From an uncultured Planctomycetota bacterium (GTDB lineage Bacteria; Planctomycetota; Phycisphaerae; Tepidisphaerales; Tepidisphaeraceae): a stretch of DNA of 64,000 bases. The notes below the pieces were generated by a model that ran no database searches, was not told the DNA's origin, and was given only the letters and a program-made list of their open reading frames with translations. The stretch spans positions 288,001-352,000 of the forward strand of contig CAWJEN010000005.1 of NCBI GenBank assembly GCA_963841915.1, written 5' to 3'. Shown here one piece after another: positions 10,364 through 20,260 of the stretch. Each line of letters opens with the position of its first letter. Within the stretch, counting starts at the first letter, position 1. The translations under genes and the position numbers were made by a program.

Positions 10364-11260
10364 TCAGGTCGAACGCCGTGCGGCGAACCGGGCCAGCAAC
10401 TGCAGGCCAGAAGCCTTCTCACCGAGCGGATCAAGCTCGGCCACAGCCGCGTCTGCCGCTTCGTCGGCCATTCGTCGTGCTTCGTCAAGGCCGACGAGCG
10501 ACGGATACGTGTTCTTCCCGGCAGTCGCGTCCTTACCCGTCGCCTTTCCGGTCGCCTCGGCCGTGGCGGTGACGTCGAGCACGTCGTCGGCAATCTGAAA
10601 AGCGAGGCCCAGCTGCTGACCGAAGCGACGCAAGCGCCCGATCGTCGCGTCATCTGCCGCCACAGCCAGCCCGCCGAGGACGCAGGCACTGGCCAGCAAT
10701 GCACCAGTCTTGCGTGCGTGGATGTCGCGCAGGCTGTCCAGATCGAGTCGCCGGTTTTCACCGGCAATGTCGAGCGCCTGCCCGCCGATCATGCCGACGA
10801 CGCCCGTCGCGCGGGCGAGTTCACGCACCGTCGCAGCGGCGACGTTGGGCCGCTCCGCGTAGCCGATGGCGAGTACCTCGAAGGCCATCGCGCGAAGCGC
10901 GTCACCGGCGAGCACGGCTGCGGCTTCGTCGAACTGCTTGTGCACCGTCGGTCGGCCCCGCCGAAGGTCGTCGTCATCCATAGCCGGCAGGTCGTCGTGC
11001 ACAAGGCTGAACGTGTGCACCAGCTCTACCGCCGCCGCGGCAGGTAAAGCATCGTCGGCTCGCCCACCGCAGGCCATGGCAGCTTCGATCGTCAGCGTCG
11101 GCCGCAACCGCTTCCCGCGGCCGGCCAGCGCGTACTGCAACGGTTCGACCGCCGCCTTCGGAGCGTCAGACAGGCCGCACATCGACGGCACCGACTCGGC
11201 CAGAAACGTTTCGATCAGCCGTGCGTGGTCCACCAGCAAGCTCGGAACATCGCCCGTCAC
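10364..11260 (-). CDS. ispA: Polyprenyl (farnesyl/geranylgeranyl) diphosphate synthase
   Basis: GKRLRP, HDDLPAMDDDDLRRG, KTG, FQIADDVLD; GTG start overlaps the xseB stop. Confidence 0.93.
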   Translation of the reverse strand: MTGDVPSLLVDHARLIETFLAESVPSMCGLSDAPKAAVEPLQYALAGRGKRLRPTLTIEAAMACGGRADDALPAAAAVELVHTFSLVHDDLPAMDDDDLRRGRPTVHKQFDEAAAVLAGDALRAMAFEVLAIGYAERPNVAAATVRELARATGVVGMIGGQALDIAGENRRLDLDSLRDIHARKTGALLASACVLGGLAVAADDATIGRLRRFGQQLGLAFQIADDVLDVTATAEATGKATGKDATAGKNTYPSLVGLDEARRMADEAADAAVAELDPLGEKASGLQLLARFAARRST

Positions 11261-11514
11261 GAGTCGTCCCTCGTCGGCCGACTCGCCAGCTTGCCGGCGC
11301 TTGTCTTTGACAACTGCTCGATCTTCTCTTCGGCGGCGTTGAGCTGATCCTGACATTGCTGCACGAGCACGGTGCCGCGTTCGTAGAGCTTCAGCGACTC
11401 GTCGAGTGGAACGTCGCCCAACTCCATCTTGGCCGTGATGGCTTCAAGTTCCGCCAGCGCTTCCTCGAACGTAGATTGGGTGTCGCTCCCTTGTGCGTCG
11501 CTCCGCTTGGCCAT
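11257..11514 (-). CDS. xseB: Exodeoxyribonuclease VII small subunit
   Basis: TFEEALAELE...PLDESLKLYERG..L...C...L..AE; classic xseB-ispA order. Confidence 0.92.
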   Translation of the reverse strand: MAKRSDAQGSDTQSTFEEALAELEAITAKMELGDVPLDESLKLYERGTVLVQQCQDQLNAAEEKIEQLSKTSAGKLASRPTRDDS

Positions 11515-11622
11515 GGCCGCATTGTTAGGCGGCTGCGTTGCCCGAGGTTCGGAACTTGCGACAGCAGCCTTCTCAGGTTGCATGTGGGTTGATGTACGTC
11601 CGGCTGGTAAGCTGTGGTCGCT

Positions 11623-12957
11623 ATGTCCGCAACCGCCCTAGGCGAGCTCCATCGCCAGCACACCGAGTACATCGCTCCTGCCGCGTCACCACAGGCAGAG
11701 CGATGGATTCAACGATACAAAATCGTCCGCAGCGCGATGACCGATCTGGTCGCCCCGCTGGCACGCGAAGACACGGTCATCCAGACGATGCCGGACGTCT
11801 CGCCGACGAAGTGGCATCTGGGACACACGAGCTGGTTCTTTGAGCAGTTTCTTCTGGTCGATGGCCCGACTGCCGACGCGGGATACGAGCCGTTCCACGA
11901 CAGGTTCGCCTACATCTTTAACAGCTATTACGTCACGGTCGGTGATCGGCACTGTCGCATCAAGCGAGGCACGCTCAGCCGCCCGACCCTCGACGAGGTC
12001 ATACAGTACCGCCAGCACGTCGACCGGCACGTCGTCGAGCTCATCAGCAGGGCCGACGAAGCGGACCTTGCCCGGCTCACACCGCTCATCGAGATCGGGC
12101 TCAATCACGAGCAACAGCACGTCGAGCTTGCCTACACCGACATTAAGCACGTCTTCAGCTGCAACCCGCTTTACCCGGCGTACCGCCAGACACAGCCGAC
12201 GCCGTCGAAGGCGACGCCACTGAGTTTTCTGCGGGTCGCTGGAGGCCTCTGCGAGATCGGGTACGACGGTGCCGAGTTTGCCTACGACAATGAACAGCCA
12301 CGGCACAAGACGTGGCTCGAGCCCTTCGAGATCGCCGACCGACTCATCACCAACAGCGAGTGGATCGAGTTCATCGACGCCGGCGGGTACGACACCGCCG
12401 CCCATTGGCTCAGCTCCGGCTGGGCAACCATCTGCGGTGACAAGACCAACTGGGCCAGCCCGCTCTACTGGCACCGCGATGCTGACGGCACGTGGAGCGA
12501 GTTCACCCTCAGCGGGCTGAACCAGCTTGATCTTAACGCACCGGTGACGCACTTGAGCTACTTCGAGGCCGACGCTTTTGCCCGTTGGCGTGGTTGTCGC
12601 TTGCCAAGCGAGGCCGAGTGGGAAGTCGCAGCTGCAACGGTGCCGACCGACACAGGCAGCCACCTTGAAGGCGGACTGCTTCATCCCCAGCCCGCCGATG
12701 CCTCGCACGGTGGTCTGAGGCAAATGATGGGTGAGGCCTGGCAATGGACGAAAAGCCAATACGTCGCTTATCCGGGTTATGTCGCACCGGCGGGCGCGCT
12801 CGGCGAGTACAACGGCAAGTTCATGTGCAACCAGTTCGTCCTGCGCGGCTCATCGTGTGTGACGCAAGCGACGCACGCACGAGCGACGTATCGCAACTTC
12901 TTCCCGCCCGACGCGCGATGGCAGTTTACAAGCCTTCGCCTTGCACGAGACGTCTGA
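11623..12957 (+). CDS. egtB: Ergothioneine sulfoxide synthase
   Basis: SPTKWHLGHTSWFFE, FNSYY, HEQQH, FGE-sulfatase-like C-terminus, YNGKFM, YRNFF. Confidence 0.93.
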   Translation: MSATALGELHRQHTEYIAPAASPQAERWIQRYKIVRSAMTDLVAPLAREDTVIQTMPDVSPTKWHLGHTSWFFEQFLLVDGPTADAGYEPFHDRFAYIFNSYYVTVGDRHCRIKRGTLSRPTLDEVIQYRQHVDRHVVELISRADEADLARLTPLIEIGLNHEQQHVELAYTDIKHVFSCNPLYPAYRQTQPTPSKATPLSFLRVAGGLCEIGYDGAEFAYDNEQPRHKTWLEPFEIADRLITNSEWIEFIDAGGYDTAAHWLSSGWATICGDKTNWASPLYWHRDADGTWSEFTLSGLNQLDLNAPVTHLSYFEADAFARWRGCRLPSEAEWEVAAATVPTDTGSHLEGGLLHPQPADASHGGLRQMMGEAWQWTKSQYVAYPGYVAPAGALGEYNGKFMCNQFVLRGSSCVTQATHARATYRNFFPPDARWQFTSLRLARDV

Positions 12958-13006
12958 GGCGGTCGTTACCACGCTTCTCAAAGTCAATTTCTTAGATCTA
13001 CTATTA

Positions 13007-13972
13007 ATGTCAGACGCTTCAGCTGTACCGATCCTCGACCTGCACCCGCCGGCCGAGGATCTGGCGGCCGAAGTTATTGCCGGCCTCTCGCAGTCGCCGC
13101 AACCGACGTTGCCTGCCAAGTTGTTCTACGACGAGCGAGGGTCCAAGCTCTTTGAGCAGATTTGTGATCTACCGGAGTATTACCCGACGCGGACGGAGGT
13201 GTCGATCCTTGAATCTTGCCGTAATGAGCTGGCAAAGCAGGTCGGCACCGGTGTGACAATCGTCGAGTTCGGCAGCGGATCGACGCGCAAGGTGCGGCTG
13301 TTGCTCGACGCCCTCGATGTCGCGGCCTACGTGCCGGTCGACATCAGTCGTTGGTACCTGCAGGAGGCGGCCAGGGAGCTGACGGCCGACTATCCCGATC
13401 TGCTCGTTCGGCCGGTTCTGGCCGACTATTCGCAGGCGGTGCCGCTGCCTGAAGGTTTGCCAGATGGGCCTCACGTCGGCTTCTTTCCCGGTGGCACGCT
13501 CGGCAACTTTTTGCCTGACGAAGCGGTGGCCTTTCTGAAGCGCGTGGCCGACACGCTCGGCAGCGGTGGCACGCTCGTCATCGGGCACGACCTGCGAAAG
13601 GATCCGGCCGTCATTCACGCCGCGTACAACGACGCTGCAGGCGTAACAGCAGATTTCAACCGCAACGTGCTCGTCCGCCTGAACCGGACGGTGCACGCTG
13701 ATGCAGACGTCAGCCGGTGGCACCACTACGCACCATTTGTCCCGTCCAAGGGCCGCATTGAGATGCACCTGGTGGCCGACGATGATCAAGTGATCCGCGT
13801 TGCAGGCCGAACGTTTAAGTTTGAGCGTGGCGTGTCGATTCGGACCGAGCTGAGCCACAAGTTCACGCCGACGACGTTCGGAGCCCTCGCCGACGCGGCC
13901 GGTTATGACGTGGTGTCGGCATGGACGGACGCTGATCGGTTGTTCCGTGTGGTGGCGATGCGGGTGCGGTGA
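13007..13972 (+). CDS. egtD: L-histidine N-alpha-trimethyltransferase
   Basis: FYDERGS.LFEQIC.LPEYYPTRTE, EFGSG, AYND..GVT..FN. Confidence 0.93.
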   Translation: MSDASAVPILDLHPPAEDLAAEVIAGLSQSPQPTLPAKLFYDERGSKLFEQICDLPEYYPTRTEVSILESCRNELAKQVGTGVTIVEFGSGSTRKVRLLLDALDVAAYVPVDISRWYLQEAARELTADYPDLLVRPVLADYSQAVPLPEGLPDGPHVGFFPGGTLGNFLPDEAVAFLKRVADTLGSGGTLVIGHDLRKDPAVIHAAYNDAAGVTADFNRNVLVRLNRTVHADADVSRWHHYAPFVPSKGRIEMHLVADDDQVIRVAGRTFKFERGVSIRTELSHKFTPTTFGALADAAGYDVVSAWTDADRLFRVVAMRVR

Positions 13973-14082
13973 GCGACCGATGAAGTTGCAGCACCTTGCG
14001 ACGAGTGATAAAAGGCAGATCGGGCACCGTCGCAGTCACGCATCCGCGTGCCGATGTGGGCCTGTTTCTACCACCACACGCC

Positions 14083-15342
14083 ATGTCGCCTGCTCCCATT
14101 CGTTCGCGTTTCGTCCTTCTGTCCGCCGTCGCGGCAGTCGCCTCTCTACCCGCCTTTGCCGCCGCCCAGGACGTGACGGCCACCACGCAAGTTGCGCCCG
14201 ATAACGGTGCAGGTCGCCTCGCCGCCAATGACGTTCTCAAGTTCGGCGAGGACATGACCGGCGCATTCGACCTTGTGCCAAGCGAAGTCGGCGACGGCCC
14301 CCTCAGCAGCGTCACCGCCCGCGCCGGTGTCCTTGTTCAAGCTCGCGGCATCTTCAGCTACTTCGACACGCCCGGTGGTGATGACGAACTCGACTTCGGC
14401 TACGAGAACAGCCGCGTCAAGCCTTACATCTTCGGCACAATCGGTGACGAAGACGGCGCCGGCTTCCTGACCGGGCCCGTCGAGTATCGCGTGCAAGGCA
14501 CCTTCGTCCCCAACGGCGGTGACTTTGTCCTTGAAGACGCGTTCGGCGTCCTGCCCGTCGGTGAAGCGCTGTCGCTCCGCGTCGGTCAGTTCATCAACCC
14601 CGTCTCGGCTGAGGGCACGACGTTCGGCGGCTTCAACCTTGCCGTTGACCGCTCGCTTGCGGCCGCAACGCTCGGGTCGCCCGCACGCGTGCAGGGCGTC
14701 ACGGCTCTCATCAATCCCAAGAACAACGGCAGCCTTCGTGCAGAAATCGGCATCACCGACGGCAGTGGATCGGCCAACAGCGCCTTCTTCAGCGACGATG
14801 CAGACCTTGCCGTCGCAGGTCGCGCCGAGTTCCTGCTCGGCGGAGACTGGAAGGCCGTCGAGGACTTCACGGCCATCAACACGACCGAAGACACCAGCGT
14901 TGCCGGCGTCGGTGGTGAAGTGCTCTTCCAAGGCGACACCGTGCTCGTCATCGCAACCGGTGACTACCGCCAGGAGCAGACCAATGGCCTGACCATCTAC
15001 GGTGCCGGCTTTGCCACCTTCGGCCAGTTCGAGGGCGAAAGCACCTTCAACGTCGGCGGTGTCGGTCAAGTCGGCAAGGTGCTCGATAACGGCTACGAGC
15101 CCTTCGGCCGTGTCAGCGTGCTCGTGCTCGACGATGATCTGCCCACCGTCGCTGACGACTTCTCGCTGGAAATCACCGGCGGCGTCAACATCTACCTCGA
15201 TGAATCGATGCCGCACCGCGTTAAGGTCACTGCCGACGTCGGCTTCCTGCCCGTCGGCTCGCCCGACCAACCGCAGCTCGATTACTCGCTCAGCGACGAG
15301 TTCCAGTTCATCGTCCGCGGGCAGCTGCAGATTCTGCTCTGA
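14083..15342 (+). CDS. Outer-membrane porin-like beta-barrel (OprO/OprP-like)
   Basis: Signal peptide, LEDAF...LRVGQF..P, alternating beta-strand pattern, C-terminal RGQLQILL. Confidence 0.65.
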   Translation: MSPAPIRSRFVLLSAVAAVASLPAFAAAQDVTATTQVAPDNGAGRLAANDVLKFGEDMTGAFDLVPSEVGDGPLSSVTARAGVLVQARGIFSYFDTPGGDDELDFGYENSRVKPYIFGTIGDEDGAGFLTGPVEYRVQGTFVPNGGDFVLEDAFGVLPVGEALSLRVGQFINPVSAEGTTFGGFNLAVDRSLAAATLGSPARVQGVTALINPKNNGSLRAEIGITDGSGSANSAFFSDDADLAVAGRAEFLLGGDWKAVEDFTAINTTEDTSVAGVGGEVLFQGDTVLVIATGDYRQEQTNGLTIYGAGFATFGQFEGESTFNVGGVGQVGKVLDNGYEPFGRVSVLVLDDDLPTVADDFSLEITGGVNIYLDESMPHRVKVTADVGFLPVGSPDQPQLDYSLSDEFQFIVRGQLQILL

Positions 15343-15389
15343 GGCAAACTCTGTTGAAGCACGCAGCAACTTCCGATACAAGGAACACT

Positions 15390-16034
15390 ATGAACCACAT
15401 CACGATGGAGGAGCGTCCGATGATGGAAACGCTAGAATCCCGCCGGCTTCTGGCGGGGAACTTCGACTTCGGCGTCGGCCCGGCAACAAATGCAGTCCTC
15501 TGTGAGTTCGAAACCGGCTACAGGCGGACAGGCGTCGAAGAGGCCGTCGACTTCTGGATCGACTACTACGACCGGCTGTTCGAAGCCTTTGCAGATGATG
15601 TCGAAGACGGCTTCTTTACCCTCGGCCTGGATCCCGCAGATCGTAGCGATATTGCAGACTCGTTGCGGGACATCCTGCCCGATGACGACTTCGGGTTCGA
15701 AGATGGCCTTCGCGACGTGTTCACCAACTTCGGCGGCTTCGTGCTCGGTGGAGGCGGCGGGTTCTTCTTCGGAAGCGGCTCGGCCAACTTTGGCGAGGCC
15801 AATCGAGCCGGTGACGGCCAAGCCAAAGCCAGCCGCTACGAGGGCGGACTGTTTGCCGATAGTGCCGGTAGCTCCGGTGCCGTCAGCAGCGACGCCAGTG
15901 AAGCACTCACTTCATCGGCGGTCGGCTTTGCTCCCGTGGGTGACGTCAGCTTCAGCGACGTGCCTGCCGGTAATGGCGGCGGCGGCGGCGCAGCCGCCCG
16001 TGCTGGCGGCGTCTTCGGTGGTGGCTACGCGTAG
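15390..16034 (+). CDS. Hypothetical protein with planctomycete LExR-RLL N-terminal motif
   Basis: METLESRRLLA; AAGGA RBS; acidic then Gly/Ser-rich. Confidence 0.65.
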   Translation: MNHITMEERPMMETLESRRLLAGNFDFGVGPATNAVLCEFETGYRRTGVEEAVDFWIDYYDRLFEAFADDVEDGFFTLGLDPADRSDIADSLRDILPDDDFGFEDGLRDVFTNFGGFVLGGGGGFFFGSGSANFGEANRAGDGQAKASRYEGGLFADSAGSSGAVSSDASEALTSSAVGFAPVGDVSFSDVPAGNGGGGGAAARAGGVFGGGYA

Positions 16035-16051
16035 TCCAAGCCCTAGCTCTG

Positions 16052-16086
16052 GAAGAAGGCCCGGCAACACATGCCGGGCCTTCTTC
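16052..16086. terminator. Hairpin between convergent genes, likely bidirectional terminator
   Basis: Perfect 15-bp inverted repeat GAAGAAGGCCCGGCA-acaca-TGCCGGGCCTTCTTC. Confidence 0.8.
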
Positions 16087-16091
16087 TTGCG

Positions 16092-17036
16092 CTATTTCTG
16101 AGCGGCTTCGGCAAGTTGCTCGGCCTGCTTCGTTCGTGAACGCACGTAGCCGATGAGTGCCGCCGGTATACCCGCGCCGACCCACTCCAACGGCAACGGC
16201 AAAGCCAGCGGCCACAACGGTCCGCCCGGCTCGCCAAGCGCAAGCCTCGCCTCGCCCGTGAAGAAGAAGGCCGCGACGTAGCCCACGACGGCAGCCACGA
16301 TCGGCCCCGCCCAGGCCCACGCTGCAGGTCGCACCGGCACCGTCGCATAAGCAGCGATAGCTCCAAGCCACGCACCCAGCGCGACGCTCAGCGTCGTCTG
16401 CATCGGAGCGTCGTTGCGAGAGGCCATGAAAACGACCACGCCGCACACACCGGCCGAGACGCCCAGGTGCAGGAACTTCTGCTGCAGTGACTCGCCGGTC
16501 CGCGGGCGATCGACCTTTCGATCTGCCGCCCGTGGCAGCTCGAGCCACCGCTTAAGTGCAGGCGACGTCGCTCCCCGCTCTCGAACGATGTGCAGCCCCG
16601 CCCAGATGCCCGCCGCCACGCCTGCCAGCAGTAACAACTCGAGCAACATGAGCAGAAAGACGCCCGAAGAGCCGTCGTTGAGCGTGTAGTGCACTTCACC
16701 GCCGCGGAGCCGAAGGACGATGAGGCCGGTCAATGCCGCCCCCCAGGCGGCGTCGTAGCGGACGCGACCGGCAAAGAGCAGGCCGACGACCGTCGCCAGA
16801 ACTAGCGTGATCGCCGCAAGCAGCAAGACGGCCACACCGATCGGCTGATGAAGGACGAGGGCGTCGTAAGGGCCACCCGACGGAAAGCCGGCAACTCGCC
16901 CGACAACCGAGAACATGCCGGCCGCCACGAGCCCGGCCACAAGAACAAGCGGCGTCCGCAACGCCGCCGGCGGCTTGCCTAGCAGACGCGAGAACAGGCC
17001 GGGTTGCGGCTTGCCATGAAACGGGTCGGCAGGCAT
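16092..17036 (-). CDS. Hypothetical multi-pass membrane protein
   Basis: About 8 hydrophobic segments; no recognised motif. Confidence 0.7.
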   Translation of the reverse strand: MPADPFHGKPQPGLFSRLLGKPPAALRTPLVLVAGLVAAGMFSVVGRVAGFPSGGPYDALVLHQPIGVAVLLLAAITLVLATVVGLLFAGRVRYDAAWGAALTGLIVLRLRGGEVHYTLNDGSSGVFLLMLLELLLLAGVAAGIWAGLHIVRERGATSPALKRWLELPRAADRKVDRPRTGESLQQKFLHLGVSAGVCGVVVFMASRNDAPMQTTLSVALGAWLGAIAAYATVPVRPAAWAWAGPIVAAVVGYVAAFFFTGEARLALGEPGGPLWPLALPLPLEWVGAGIPAALIGYVRSRTKQAEQLAEAAQK

Positions 17037-17159
17037 GGTCACACCCGCAGCGTACGGACCAAGCACCGTCTTTGCCGCGTGAGGTTGGTGTCAACGTCGC
17101 GGACTGTCACAGGGTGGAAGTGTCGGGCGTGTCGGGTGCCGCCCTACCGTGCGACGCAC

Positions 17160-18569
17160 ATGGCCAAGAAGTACGACCTCATCGTCATCGGCGGCGGGCC
17201 CGCCGGCTACGCAGCCGCCATCCGCGCCGGCCAACTTGGCAAACGCGTCCTTTGCCTCGAGAAGGAAAATCTCGGCGGCACATGTCTTAATTGGGGCTGC
17301 ATTCCGACCAAAGCTCTGCTCGATGCCGGTGCGTTTGTTCGCCAGGCGCGCGACCACGCCGGTGAGTTCGGCGTGACGTTCGACAACATGACCGTCGACT
17401 TCCACAAGCCCATCGCCCGCAGCCGACAAATCGCCGGGAAGCTCAACAAGGGCATCGCTCACCTCTTCAGCAAGTACAAGGTCGACCACCACATGGCAAC
17501 GGCCAAGGTCATCGCCAACAACAAGGTCGAGTGGACTCTCGACGGCAAGACGGAGTCGAGCGAGTGCGGCAAGATCCTCATCGCCACCGGCGCCAAGCCC
17601 AAGAACCTGCCGGGCATCGAGATCGATCACGACAAGATCATCTCGTCGCGTGAGGCGATGAACCTGCCCGAGCAGCCCAAAAAGCTGGCCATCATTGGTG
17701 CCGGGGCGATCGGGTGTGAGTTTGCCGACTTCTACAACGCAATGGGGACCGACGTGACGATCGTCGAGTACTTGCCGCATTTGCTGCCAAATGAGGACAA
17801 AGACTGCTCGATCGTGCTCGAGCGGTCGTTCAAGAAGCGTGGCATTAACCTCATGCTCGGCAGCAAGACGACCAAAGTCATGAAGAGTGACGAGGGCGTT
17901 GTGCTGACGGTCACACCCGCCGACGAGAGCAAGGGCAAGGACGAGACGCACATTGAGGCCGACAAGGTGCTCCTGGCCGTTGGCGTGACCGGCAACATCG
18001 ACAACCTCTTCGACCCGAAGGTCGGCGTCGAGATCTTCAAGGAGCACATTAAGGTCGACACGTCGTACAAGACGAACGTCGACGGCATCTGGGCCGTCGG
18101 TGACGTGATCGGGCCGCCTTGGCTGGCTCACGTCGCGCATCACGAGGCCGTCTACTGCGTCGAGCGGATGTTCGACTTTGGCGACCACCACGTCGATTAC
18201 GACAACGTCCCCGGCTGCACGTACACGCACCCGCAGGTCGCCAGCATGGGCATGACCGAGGAGAAAGCCCGGGCCACGGGCAAGAAGCTCAAGGTCGGCA
18301 AGTTCCCGTTCAGCGTCTCCGGGCGAGCCCTTGCCGCCGGCGACACGGAAGGCTTTGTCAAACAGATCTTTGACGCCGACACCGGCGAATTGCTCGGCGT
18401 GCACATGGTCGGCGAGAACGTCACCGAGCTGCTTGCCGAGATGGTTGTCGCCAAGAAGCTCGAAGCGACGGAGGCCGAGATTATCGAGGCAATGCACCCG
18501 CACCCGACGCTGAGCGAAGCCGTCATGGAAGCCGCCGGCGTCGCCGACAGGCGTGCGATTCACTTGTGA
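17160..18569 (+). CDS. lpdA: Dihydrolipoyl dehydrogenase
   Basis: GGGPAG, GGTCLNWGCIPTK redox disulfide, GAGAIG, HPHPTLSE. Confidence 0.97.
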   Translation: MAKKYDLIVIGGGPAGYAAAIRAGQLGKRVLCLEKENLGGTCLNWGCIPTKALLDAGAFVRQARDHAGEFGVTFDNMTVDFHKPIARSRQIAGKLNKGIAHLFSKYKVDHHMATAKVIANNKVEWTLDGKTESSECGKILIATGAKPKNLPGIEIDHDKIISSREAMNLPEQPKKLAIIGAGAIGCEFADFYNAMGTDVTIVEYLPHLLPNEDKDCSIVLERSFKKRGINLMLGSKTTKVMKSDEGVVLTVTPADESKGKDETHIEADKVLLAVGVTGNIDNLFDPKVGVEIFKEHIKVDTSYKTNVDGIWAVGDVIGPPWLAHVAHHEAVYCVERMFDFGDHHVDYDNVPGCTYTHPQVASMGMTEEKARATGKKLKVGKFPFSVSGRALAAGDTEGFVKQIFDADTGELLGVHMVGENVTELLAEMVVAKKLEATEAEIIEAMHPHPTLSEAVMEAAGVADRRAIHL

Positions 18570-19306
18570 GACGGCACCTTCGCCGGCTTCTCGAAAAACA
18601 TCAGGTGCTGCGTCGGCAGCACATCGAGCGTCTCGACGTGCTCCAAGCCCGCTGCTTCCAGCTCCTTGATCGCCTGGGCCTCGGTCATCTTGTGCAGCGG
18701 CTTGATCGGCACCGTCGCGTCCTCGCCGCGGTACTCGACGAGGGCGATGCGGCCGCCTGGCTTGAGACCGGCGACGATGCCGAGCATCATCTCGCGCGGG
18801 TGGCTGAACTCGTGGTAGGCGTCAACGAGTAGTACAAGGTCGACCTCGCCCGCCGGCAGTTTCGGGTCGTCGATGTTGCCGAGGATCGGCTCGACGTTCG
18901 TCAGACCCCGCTCGGCCTCGCCTGCGTTGAGCAGGTCGAGCATCTCAGGCTGGATGTCGACGGCCAACACGCGCCCTTGTGGCACTTGCTCGGCCAGGCG
19001 GAACGTAAAGTAGCCGGTGCCGGCACCTATGTCAGCGACGGTGGCGTCCTCGGCCAATCCTAATGCGCTGATGAGCTCAGCGGGTTGTTCCTCGCGGTCA
19101 CGTTCAGGCCGCTCCAGCCAGCCGGCACCGAGGTGGCCCATCACCTGACTGATTTCGCGGCCCATGTACACCTTGCCGATGCCGTCCGGGGTCGGCTCGA
19201 TCTGGCTGTACACCCCGTCGGCAACAGGCGGTGGCTCAGTCGCGTCGCTGCAGCCGACGGCTGAAAGTGAAAGTAGAACGGCGAATACAGCGGGAAATCG
19301 ACGCAC
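18560..19306 (-). CDS. Class I SAM-dependent methyltransferase with lipoprotein signal
   Basis: DIGAGTG, AVDIQ, DAYHEF; N-terminal LSAVGC. Confidence 0.85.
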   Translation of the reverse strand: MRRFPAVFAVLLSLSAVGCSDATEPPPVADGVYSQIEPTPDGIGKVYMGREISQVMGHLGAGWLERPERDREEQPAELISALGLAEDATVADIGAGTGYFTFRLAEQVPQGRVLAVDIQPEMLDLLNAGEAERGLTNVEPILGNIDDPKLPAGEVDLVLLVDAYHEFSHPREMMLGIVAGLKPGGRIALVEYRGEDATVPIKPLHKMTEAQAIKELEAAGLEHVETLDVLPTQHLMFFEKPAKVPSHK

Positions 19307-19314
19307 CGCATAGT

Positions 19315-20190
19315 CTACACGCGCTCGACGATAATGACCGTCACGTCGTCGTCGGGCTTGCTGCCGATGGCTCGACGAATGTCGGCGGCCAAGTCGGTGG
19401 CGGACAGGCCGCGACGCTCGGCAATCGCGTCCCGCCAGATGTCAGGATCGCCTGCGCCTTCGTCGGCGAAGATAGCCTCAGCACCATCGGTGCAGAAGAT
19501 CAAGCGATCGCCGCGCGCCAGCTGAACGTGCTCGACGGTGAACACTTCGTCCGGAATGATGCCGAGCAGAGCACCGTCACCGCCGACGGTGAGGACGTCG
19601 TCGCCGCTGATGTGCAGGGCCATCGGGTGACCGCCGCGGGCGAACTCGACGCAGCCGTGCTCGGCGTTGAACTTGGCGTAGACGGCCGTTGCAAAGAAGC
19701 CGCTCGTCAGGCCTTGGCCACACAGCGATACGTTCATGCCGGCGAGCACCTCGCCGGCGGCGAGCAGCCGATAAGCATCGGCGTCGACCTGCTTTGGCCG
19801 AACCGCGTGGTGCAGGAACATCGCCAGCAGCGCCGCCGGCATGCCGTGACCGACGGCGTCGATCTGGTGGAGGCCCAGATGGTGCTCGTCGAGCCGGTCG
19901 ATCGCAAACATGTCACCGCTGACACCGGCTGCCGGTTGATGGACGACGTGGAACCGCAGGCTACCGACCTCGGGTAGCTTCCGCGGCAGGAAATCCCGCT
20001 GCAACCGGGCGGCCAGGGCAACTTCGCGATCGACTTGCTCCAGGTGATATTGCCGAGCGTCTGCCTGCTGACGCAGATTGCCCAGCTCAGCGTGCATCGC
20101 CTCTGCGGCAGCGAGCAGTCGCTCGACGTACGCGGGTGACGGCCGCTTGGGCGGATGGAGCTTCGAAGTGTTGGAGGGAAGCAGCGTCAT
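19315..20190 (-). CDS. PP2C/SpoIIE-family protein phosphatase
   Basis: VSGD, DAVGHG, GGH, TDG, DDVT. Confidence 0.88.
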   Translation of the reverse strand: MTLLPSNTSKLHPPKRPSPAYVERLLAAAEAMHAELGNLRQQADARQYHLEQVDREVALAARLQRDFLPRKLPEVGSLRFHVVHQPAAGVSGDMFAIDRLDEHHLGLHQIDAVGHGMPAALLAMFLHHAVRPKQVDADAYRLLAAGEVLAGMNVSLCGQGLTSGFFATAVYAKFNAEHGCVEFARGGHPMALHISGDDVLTVGGDGALLGIIPDEVFTVEHVQLARGDRLIFCTDGAEAIFADEGAGDPDIWRDAIAERRGLSATDLAADIRRAIGSKPDDDVTVIIVERV

Positions 20191-20260
20191 GACACGCCGG
20201 TCGCAACAACGCCGGCACCGCCAGCATCGTCCGCCAGGCCGTCTCGCTTGAGGCCGCGTG

